A stretch of 64,000 nt of DNA from Flavobacteriales bacterium. GTDB taxonomy: Bacteria > Bacteroidota > Bacteroidia > Flavobacteriales > BACL11. A program made the translations under genes and the position numbers. The notes beneath the pieces are model-generated. The model worked only from the letters and a program-made list of their open reading frames with translations, was not told the DNA's origin and ran no database searches. The stretch is from NCBI GenBank assembly GCA_002712715.1, contig PAUF01000007.1:13644-77643 (forward strand). The letters are read 5' to 3'. Shown here in pieces: positions 20,247-27,294 of this stretch (its first letter is position 1; the number at the start of each line of letters is the position of its first letter).

Positions 20247-20482
20247 TAATAGTAAAGAGTGTGATTTACTTTTTTTCTTGAAACAACTCTTCCTGTTTTT
20301 GTATCAATGATTACCTCATAAATTTTTTCACTTTCTGATTTCCCTATACCAGTATTAGAAATTTGATATCTACCAATTCCATCATCATAATTTAATGTTG
20401 TTGATCCCATCAGAATTAAAGGAACCGTTACTATACACATACCAATAATAATTCCCGTAAATAAGTTTTTGTTTTTTTGCAT
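20246..20482 (-). CDS. small membrane-anchored protein (module B), paralogue of 19699..19938
   Basis: 78 aa. Anchor TGIIIGMCIVTVPLILMGSTTLNY, C-terminal segment GRYQIS...YEVIIDTKTGRVVS. Its stop overlaps the start of the next ORF by 1 nt. Confidence 0.5.
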   Translation of the reverse strand: MQKNKNLFTGIIIGMCIVTVPLILMGSTTLNYDDGIGRYQISNTGIGKSESEKIYEVIIDTKTGRVVSRKKVNHTLYY

Positions 20483-20563
20483 TGGTTTAGTTTTTTGATT
20501 TATAACATCAAAACTAACAAAAAACTATTTTCACGAAATGAATCTTCCAATCGGATTCCCTAT

Positions 20564-20750
20564 TCAAGACTTCTTTAAAATTGAAAAAACATAATTTACT
20601 TTAAATTCACTTCCTCTAGTATTTTTGATGTTTCGTTCATTAAGCCAATTAGAAATCTTTCTGTATCCCAATCCTTTTCCGTAAAGTTTTTTAATGGTAT
20701 CGTATAAATATTGTTGGTTTCTGAATAGAAAAATTATTCAAATTGGATAA
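20564..20750 (-). pseudogene. second, frameshifted copy of the recombinase-domain remnant (module B)
   Basis: Own translation: 20716..20564 reads QQYLYDTIKKLYGKGLGYRKISNWLNERNIKNTRGSEFKVNYVFSILKKS*. The upstream homologous part (..FYSE..) is in another frame because of a 1-nt deletion relative to copy A. No start codon. Confidence 0.5.
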
Positions 20751-20766
20751 AAAAAAATATTGAAAA

Positions 20767-21333
20767 TTATTTTTGATTTTTTAAAAATTCTGAGTATTCG
20801 TTAGAACCCATTGTCATACTTGAAATCAAACTAAGACATTCATTTGTGATTTCAATAGATGAGATGTTTTTTTTAAATTTAAATTTTCTCCCATCATATG
20901 AGGTTAAACTGTTTTCATTTGAATTAAAACATATATTACAATATAAGTGTTCACCCAATAGTTCTGACAAACTTATTCCAAATTTATCATAAGATAAATC
21001 AAAATCAGATTTTGATAATGTAGTTTTTAATTCTCTACGATTTTCATGATAATTTTCTGGATTGATATTGTTTTTTGACATATAATTATCTTTTATACAG
21101 TTTGCTGTAACCTTATATTTGGTTTCTTCTAACCCGTTATGACTACTATATTTAACTTTTTGAACACTTTCTAATCTAGAATGTTTAATGCAATAGGTGA
21201 CAACAGATTCTTTATTTTTTAAATAAAAAATTTCTTTATAGTCCTCTTTTTCATATTTGTGATGTTTAAATTTTGTATCAATGATATTTCCTCCAAATAA
21301 AAAAAATGATATACCAAATAGAATTCCTAACAT
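20767..21333 (-). CDS. hypothetical membrane-anchored protein, no recognisable family
   Basis: 188-aa ORF with an N-terminal hydrophobic anchor (MLGILFGISFFLFGG). The remainder is Lys/Asn/Ser-rich with scattered Cys. It starts 12 nt after the upstream small ORF on the same strand. Confidence 0.45.
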   Translation of the reverse strand: MLGILFGISFFLFGGNIIDTKFKHHKYEKEDYKEIFYLKNKESVVTYCIKHSRLESVQKVKYSSHNGLEETKYKVTANCIKDNYMSKNNINPENYHENRRELKTTLSKSDFDLSYDKFGISLSELLGEHLYCNICFNSNENSLTSYDGRKFKFKKNISSIEITNECLSLISSMTMGSNEYSEFLKNQK

Positions 21334-21345
21334 AATTCAATACTA

Positions 21346-21543
21346 TTATTTTGTAATATAATTATATATTAATAATATACAAAAAATACCAACACAAGTG
21401 TATGAAATGATATCTATTATATAATGATGAATGAAACCTTCAATTAGGTAGCCATTTAAAAGCACTATCAACATACAGATGGACATGATTTTCCCTGTCC
21501 CTGTTGGCTCGCTTCCAAGTCCTAATAATTCCCAATATTTCAT
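21346..21543 (-). CDS. hypothetical 65-aa two-TM protein
   Basis: ORF with two hydrophobic segments (IMSICMLIVLLNGYLIEGF and IIDIISYTCVGIFCILLIY). Same strand and spacing as its neighbours. Confidence 0.4.
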   Translation of the reverse strand: MKYWELLGLGSEPTGTGKIMSICMLIVLLNGYLIEGFIHHYIIDIISYTCVGIFCILLIYNYITK

Positions 21544-21615
21544 TTTCCTAATATAACTGATTATTTTGAAACCAAACTTATTTCAAATAAATTTTTCTAA
21601 TCGTGTTTTTCTTAA

Positions 21616-22813
21616 TTATTTTGACAGCTTAACTATATTGGTTGGCCAGGGATCTTTAAAAACCAATCCATTTCTCCACTGACTTATTTCTTCTTCCGTA
21701 AGAAAACAGGATTTGAGTTTGTCAGTAAATCGATCGACTTGTTCCTTATCACCAATAACAGTAAGGTCACAACATCGGTCTCCAAAACGTCCTGATTCTT
21801 TGGATAATTTTTCTTTTAGTAATTTAATTTCCTCATCTAAAAGGCCATTATTTTTATCTTCAACAATCGCCGCTCTCCAGGTCCCCATTATTTCTAAACT
21901 AATGCCTCCAGCTGCCTGATTCCATAGTAATGATTGATGATCTCTACTTACAAGCCAAAAAAAAACCCTTGCTACGATAAATTCTTTTATCTAAATATTG
22001 GTGGCAAACATCCCACAGTCTTTGAGGATGAAATGGCCGGACATCTTTTATTACTTTGGTCGCTAAATTGTATGGTCTGTCAGAATCTTCTTCTAACTCT
22101 AAGACAGGTTTTAGTTCCTTAAATAACTTCGCAACATTATAATAATTATAATCTTGTATTTGTATTATGGATTCAACAGATAGTTTTCCAAAAATTATTG
22201 GATTTATTGAGGCATATGGATTTATTTGTTGAATATGAGTTGTTATTTCTTGTTGCTTATCATGGTCAATTCTATCAGATTTAGTGAGTATTATGTGACT
22301 AGAAAACAATATTTGCTCAACTAATAAATTTACTGTACCTCTTTTTCCTTTAGTCATGTTTTGTTGCATATATGGAATGATATTTCTTCCATAATCAAAA
22401 TCATGCGAAAGCATTAAACAATCTACCAGAACCAGAACTCCTGTAAGATTTATTTTCTGATGATCTTTAAAATATTCTATCAGAGGCATTGGATGACAAC
22501 TTCCAGAGGTTTCGATAATAAGCAGATCTGGATATTGATTAATTAATAGTTTCTCTATTGACTTATCAAGTTTCTCTATCCCTATCTTGCTGCTCAACAC
22601 ATGCGACGATATCGATTCCATAATTTTTTCATCTTCCTCAACAATTGCTGTATTTGCTATTAACTCACCATCAACATCAAGGTCACTCATGTCATTTACA
22701 ATTGCACAAATAGACAGCTGTTTGTTTTTAGATTGGGATAAAAGGCTTCTAAAAAGCGTTGTTTTCCCAGAACCAAGAAATCCATTAAGAATAACAGCAG
22801 GAATTTTTTGCAT
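21616..22813 (-). pseudogene. COG0523-family (CobW/YjiA/ZigA-like) P-loop GTPase, interrupted by a frameshift in a homopolymer
   Basis: N-terminal ORF 21944..22813 has Walker A GFLGSGKTTL, IIETSG and LTKSD. ORF 21616..21888 is a CobW_C-like domain. Removing one base from the A9 run at 21957..21965 joins them as ...KGFFWLVSRDHQSLLWNQAAGGISLEIMGTWRAAIV..., giving 398 aa. Confidence 0.8.
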
Positions 22814-22880
22814 AACTTATTAATTTTTAATTAAATCCTGAATTAAGAAACAACACTAGGATTAGATTAAATCAATTGTT

Positions 22881-23078
22881 CTAGAATTTTTTATACCAAA
22901 GAAAGCTTCCGATTAATCCGAAAACCGAGCAAAAACTAAACATTAAATTAATCACAATATCGTGTATATAATCATCGCCAAAAATAGTGAAATCTCCTAA
23001 TAATTTTAATGACCACAATAATTCACCAATAAAGAAAAAAGAAAATGTCATTAAAAACCAAAAACTTATCTTTTTCAT
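22881..23078 (-). CDS. hypothetical 65-aa two-TM protein
   Basis: The Met at 23078 (MKKISFWFLMTFSFFFIGELLW...) gives 65 aa with two TM segments. The longer track ORF (to 23174) would overlap the SDR gene by 76 nt. Confidence 0.4.
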   Translation of the reverse strand: MKKISFWFLMTFSFFFIGELLWSLKLLGDFTIFGDDYIHDIVINLMFSFCSVFGLIGSFLWYKKF

Positions 23079-23098
23079 AATTGCAAAAATAATAAAAC

Positions 23099-24121
23099 TT
23101 ATTTTTTGTTTATGATATCCATGATTGAATGTGCAGATTCTAACAATGACTGCTCTATGGAAATCGGCTGCCAATCAAAAATTTCTTTCGTTTGTGAGAT
23201 ATTAAAATTTGTCTCCACTCCTAAAAAAACTTTCATCTCTCTCATTTCTCGATTAATTAACGCCAAAGCCTTTACTAAAATATCTGGCAAATTTTTATCA
23301 GGAGACTTTGAGAACCCATTAGTATTCAAAATTCTACCTATCTCAGACATTTTTATAGATGTTGAATGACTGCAAATTATTCTCTTATTGATTGAATCTT
23401 CATTTTCCAAACACTCTAAATGTATTTTAGCAACATCTCTTACATCTATTAAACTAAATGAAATGTTAGGGCAAGCTGGGAATTTTCCTGTAATAAACTG
23501 TTTAATAATATCCATTGACGTGCCTGTAATGTTTTCCCCAACTGGAGGCCCAAATACTGCTGATGGATTTACGGTGGTTAATTTAATATTATTGTTATTT
23601 TCTTGACTTATAAAGTCCCAAGCCGCTTGTTCAGCTAAAGTTTTGCTTTTAATATATGCATTAACTTTAGATGAACTTTCAATCTTAGTCCAGTCATTAT
23701 GATCAAATGTATTCTTACTCGCTGAATGTCCAAAGGATATTGCCGCCACTGAAGAAGTTACTATCACTCTTTTTATATTACTCTTTTTCGCATATCTTAA
23801 CACTCTATTAGTTCCGTTTACAGCTGGGAATATTATTTCATTCTCATCTTTTGGAGACTTAAATGGATAGGGAGAGGCGAGGTGTAATAAAAAATCACAA
23901 CCATCCATTACTTTAGCCCATCCTTCATCGCTCTCTAAATCTAATATCACAAGTTCTAAATCATTAGGATGGGAGAGGTGTTTTCTCAGACAATTTTGAA
24001 CTTCTACTTTTTTATACTCACTTCTAACTGTTCCTTTTACCTTATATCCTTTATTTAAGGCATTAACTATACAGTGTAATGCAATATATCCGCTCGCTCC
24101 TGTAATAAAAATTTTCTTGAT
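23099..24121 (-). CDS. NAD(P)-dependent epimerase/dehydratase-family reductase (extended SDR, aldehyde/flavonol-reductase-like)
   Basis: The track ORF starts at MILDLESDEG (23950). The frame stays open upstream to 24127 and encodes NVIKKIFITGASGYIALHCIVNALNKGYKVKGTVRS, the Rossmann GxxGxxG region. There is no ATG, GTG or TTG in that extension; ATC at 24121 sits where Met is expected. Confidence 0.7.
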   Translation of the reverse strand: MKKIFITGASGYIALHCIVNALNKGYKVKGTVRSEYKKVEVQNCLRKHLSHPNDLELVILDLESDEGWAKVMDGCDFLLHLASPYPFKSPKDENEIIFPAVNGTNRVLRYAKKSNIKRVIVTSSVAAISFGHSASKNTFDHNDWTKIESSSKVNAYIKSKTLAEQAAWDFISQENNNNIKLTTVNPSAVFGPPVGENITGTSMDIIKQFITGKFPACPNISFSLIDVRDVAKIHLECLENEDSINKRIICSHSTSIKMSEIGRILNTNGFSKSPDKNLPDILVKALALINREMREMKVFLGVETNFNISQTKEIFDWQPISIEQSLLESAHSIMDIINKK

Positions 24122-24148
24122 GACGTTTTATTTAAATTAATGTCTAAA

Positions 24149-24733
24149 CTACTTATTTTTCATACATATAACATATGCTGATGGTATATTTCTTAAAACA
24201 AATTTTTTACTCTCAATTTTAAAAAAACTACTAAATTTCCTAAGCTTAAATGTCGAATACTGAAAAGTAAGAAATCTACTATTATCGCTCATAACTTTTG
24301 CAGTACTAATCATAATTTCATCTGTCACATCTGCCGGGAGTGATGTGAATGGTATCCCAGAAACAATGAAATCTACTTTTTTCACATTCTCTTTTTCAAG
24401 TATTTCTGAAACATTTGCAACACTGCCATGTATAATAGAAACATTATTACAATTGCCAAATTTATTCTTTAAATTCTCTACAAATTTTTTATTCTGCTCG
24501 ACAACTATTAATCTATCATTTTGTTTTAAACTTTTAATAATTTCTTTTGTAAAAGGACCCGTTCCAGGACCATATTCAACAATTGTTAAATTTTCTTGTT
24601 TAAAATTAATAAATGATAAAATTTTTTTAGTTAAAAATTTTGATGAGGGAAGTACCGCTCCAACCTTTGCTGGCTTGCTAAGAAATTGATTAATAAATTG
24701 AACTCTATCCGACTTACCATTCTTTTTTTTCAT
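24149..24733 (-). CDS. class I SAM-dependent methyltransferase (COG3963 / phospholipid N-methyltransferase-like)
   Basis: 194 aa. Motifs GAVLPSSKFLTKKI and the SAM-binding motif I VEYGPGTGPFT. ATGA overlap with the upstream S41 peptidase gene. Confidence 0.75.
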   Translation of the reverse strand: MKKKNGKSDRVQFINQFLSKPAKVGAVLPSSKFLTKKILSFINFKQENLTIVEYGPGTGPFTKEIIKSLKQNDRLIVVEQNKKFVENLKNKFGNCNNVSIIHGSVANVSEILEKENVKKVDFIVSGIPFTSLPADVTDEIMISTAKVMSDNSRFLTFQYSTFKLRKFSSFFKIESKKFVLRNIPSAYVICMKNK

Positions 24734-26277
24734 TGAGCAAATACTTGTAGTGATTTTTCTATAAACTTATCATTTGAAACCCCATTTACAAGGCCAATTC
24801 TAAGTTTGTAAGTAGCATTCTCTGCAGATTTTGAGTCTGTATAGAAATATTTAATACACTCTGAAGTTAACAGTTCTATCAACAACTTTCTTTCATTTTT
24901 ATTACTAAAAAAGTACCCTTCTTCGTATAAGACATTGTTTTTTTCTGATATATATTTTCTAAATAAACTAAATATATATTCTTGGCCTTCTAAAGATTCA
25001 AAATACTCTTTATGATCTATATGAGCGTTGATAAAATCATCATAAGCAAATTCATTAATCAGGTTTTCTGATAAAAATTTGGAAATATTCTGAAATGAAT
25101 AAAATGTGTCATTTTCAATACTATAATCAGGAGTAATTCCTCCTGAAGCGTAGACTACCTTTCCTTTAGATGTAAAATATTTTGTAGAATCACCAACAAG
25201 TTCATTGTCAATTGACTCTGGCTTCTGGATACATCTGCCAGAAGGAGTATGATATCTTTGTGTAGTCAATCTTAAAGTCGATCCATCTGGCAATCTTTTT
25301 TCTTCTTGTACCATTCCTTTACCAAAAGACTTTCTTCCAATTATAATAGCTCGATCATGATCTTGCATACATCCCGCAACAATTTCTGAAGCTGATGCTG
25401 ACTCTTCATCGATTAAAACTATCAATTTAGTGCCTTTAAGGACACCTGTGTTATCGGAATAATACTCATCTTTATTTCTATGCTTTCCTTCAGTATAAAC
25501 GATTAATTTTTCGCCATTTAAAAATTCATTACACATATTAATTGCACTTGCTAAATATCCTCCTCCATTACCTCTAAGATCCAAAATTAATCTATTCATA
25601 CCTGACGACAATAAGTTATTTGCTGCTGAACTAAACTCTCGATTTGTTGTTGCTGAAAACCTGTTCACCTTTATATATCCAATATCACCTTCTGTAAGCA
25701 TAAAAGAAGCGGGGACGCTATAAATAGGAATCTTTTCTCTTATTACCTTAAAATCTAATAAATCATCAGTGTTTTTTCTAAAAACTTTTAATTGAACACT
25801 TGTTCCTTCTGGACCTTTTAACTTACCGAATACAAATGAATTATCAATGCCTACTGAGGCTATATTTTCGCCATCAACTTCTACAATACGATCTCCTGCG
25901 GCAATCCCCAACTTATGCGAAGGACCTCCAACAATTGGAGATCTGACGACTAAACTGTCGTCATCAATGACAAACTCTACTCCTATTCCGCAAAAACTTC
26001 CTCTCATCATTTCATCTTCATAAGATTGCTCTTCAGCACTTAAATAGTTAGAAAATGGATCTAATTCCTTAATGATCAAATTTAATATCTGTTCTTCATA
26101 TTGTTCAATGCTAAAATCATCAACATAATTTTCTTCAATATATCTAATTATTGAATCTAATTTATTATTCGTAAAATTAGATTCATTCTCATCAAATTGT
26201 GAAAGAATCTTTCCAAAAAGAATACCAAAAATCAAAATTAAAGAAAAAACTAATGGTTGTAAAATATTATTTCTCAT
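24730..26277 (-). CDS. ctp: S41-family carboxy-terminal processing peptidase
   Basis: 515 aa. N-terminal anchor, PDZ segment (GIAAGDRIVEVDG), and catalytic region LIDEESASASEI...GRKSFGKG. Confidence 0.9.
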   Translation of the reverse strand: MRNNILQPLVFSLILIFGILFGKILSQFDENESNFTNNKLDSIIRYIEENYVDDFSIEQYEEQILNLIIKELDPFSNYLSAEEQSYEDEMMRGSFCGIGVEFVIDDDSLVVRSPIVGGPSHKLGIAAGDRIVEVDGENIASVGIDNSFVFGKLKGPEGTSVQLKVFRKNTDDLLDFKVIREKIPIYSVPASFMLTEGDIGYIKVNRFSATTNREFSSAANNLLSSGMNRLILDLRGNGGGYLASAINMCNEFLNGEKLIVYTEGKHRNKDEYYSDNTGVLKGTKLIVLIDEESASASEIVAGCMQDHDRAIIIGRKSFGKGMVQEEKRLPDGSTLRLTTQRYHTPSGRCIQKPESIDNELVGDSTKYFTSKGKVVYASGGITPDYSIENDTFYSFQNISKFLSENLINEFAYDDFINAHIDHKEYFESLEGQEYIFSLFRKYISEKNNVLYEEGYFFSNKNERKLLIELLTSECIKYFYTDSKSAENATYKLRIGLVNGVSNDKFIEKSLQVFAQ

Positions 26278-26704
26278 ATAGATCTTTTTCTGATATAAAT
26301 GTTAACTTAACATCTGCTTTTTGTAAAAACTGAATACCGCTATTGTCCTTATATTTATTAGCAAAAACTACTCTTTTTATACCAGCCTGATGTATCAACT
26401 TGCTACAATCTTTACATGGAGAGAGAGTTAAATAAAGAGTAGCGTCTTTACAATTATGATTAGATCTAGCTGTTTTTAATATGGCATTTGCTTCAGCGTG
26501 CAATACGTACCAATGTGTTTCTCCTTCTTCATCTTCGCATTGATTTGGAAATCCAGAAGGGGTTCCATTATATCCGTCTGAAATTATCATCCCATCTTTA
26601 ACAATCAAGGCTCCAACTTTTTTTCTTTTACAATAAGATAAATTTGCCCATTCAAAAGCCATTTTCAAATAAGCCTTGTCGTATTTTTCTTGCTTATTTT
26701 TCAT
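26267..26704 (-). CDS. comEB: deoxycytidylate (dCMP) deaminase
   Basis: Zinc motifs HAEANAI and PCKDCSKLI. The Met at 26704 forms an ATGA overlap with the ribE stop; the track start at 26725 is an alternative. Confidence 0.85.
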   Translation of the reverse strand: MKNKQEKYDKAYLKMAFEWANLSYCKRKKVGALIVKDGMIISDGYNGTPSGFPNQCEDEEGETHWYVLHAEANAILKTARSNHNCKDATLYLTLSPCKDCSKLIHQAGIKRVVFANKYKDNSGIQFLQKADVKLTFISEKDLYEK

Positions 26705-27291
26705 GAATTTTGTTTTTTTAACCATCCCGTAATATATTTACCAATAATATCAAACTCTAAATTAACAACTGTGTTCACTTTTATATATTTAAAATTCGTA
26801 TTTTCAAAAGTATAAGGAATTATAGCAACTGAAAAGGATTTTTCACAAGAATTTACAACAGTTAAACTGACGCCATTGACACATATAGATCCCTTTTCAA
26901 CTATAAAATGAAAATCATGATTATACTCAAAAGTATAAACCCATGAACCATCACTATCATTGATACTCTTACAAATCGCTATAGAATCTACATGTCCTTG
27001 AACAATGTGGCCATCTATTCTATCAGTTATCTTTAAGCTCCTTTCCAAGTTAATTAAATCCCCTTCTTGTAATAAACTTATATTTGTTTTTAATAATGTT
27101 TCATCTACAGCCGTTACTCTATAATATTTATCTACAAATCCATCTACTGTTAAGCAAACTCCATTATGAGAGACACTTTGGTCAATTTTTAATTCTTTAA
27201 CAATACTTGAATCTAGAACAATTTCAAGATTTTTATTATTCTTGTTAATACTGACAACTCTTGCTATATCTTCTATTATTCCAGTAAACAT
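26701..27291 (-). CDS. ribE: riboflavin synthase
   Basis: 196 aa. N-terminus MFTGIIEDIARV, with a duplicated lumazine-binding repeat (GVCLTV / GVSLTV). Confidence 0.9.
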   Translation of the reverse strand: MFTGIIEDIARVVSINKNNKNLEIVLDSSIVKELKIDQSVSHNGVCLTVDGFVDKYYRVTAVDETLLKTNISLLQEGDLINLERSLKITDRIDGHIVQGHVDSIAICKSINDSDGSWVYTFEYNHDFHFIVEKGSICVNGVSLTVVNSCEKSFSVAIIPYTFENTNFKYIKVNTVVNLEFDIIGKYITGWLKKQNS

Positions 27292-27294
27292 TTT

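Larger units (their letters stand above)
19699..20750 (-). repeat. tandem direct duplication of a ~0.5 kb module (recombinase-domain remnant + spacer + small membrane ORF)
   Basis: 19940..20142 aligns by eye with 20483..20750. A 25-nt identical block is at 19965..19989 and 20510..20534 (offset 545). Long near-identical runs continue through ...ccaattagaaatcttt...tatcccaatcc...gtatcgtataa.tattgttgg. One indel of about 65 nt and one 1-nt indel separate the copies. The downstream ORFs 19699..19938 and 20246..20482 are paralogous. Confidence 0.8.

Noticed and set aside
21570-21590. Approximate location: 7-bp inverted repeat TTTGAAA...TTTCAAA downstream of the COG0523 C-terminal ORF, considered as a terminator
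   Set aside because: The stem is all A/T, the loop is about 10 nt, and no T-tract follows on the coding strand.
22833-22863. Inverted repeat AATCCT-N19-AGGATT upstream of the COG0523 gene, considered as a Zur-type operator
   Set aside because: The arms are only 6 bp with a long spacer, there is no resemblance to known Zur boxes, and this is easily a chance occurrence in AT-rich DNA.
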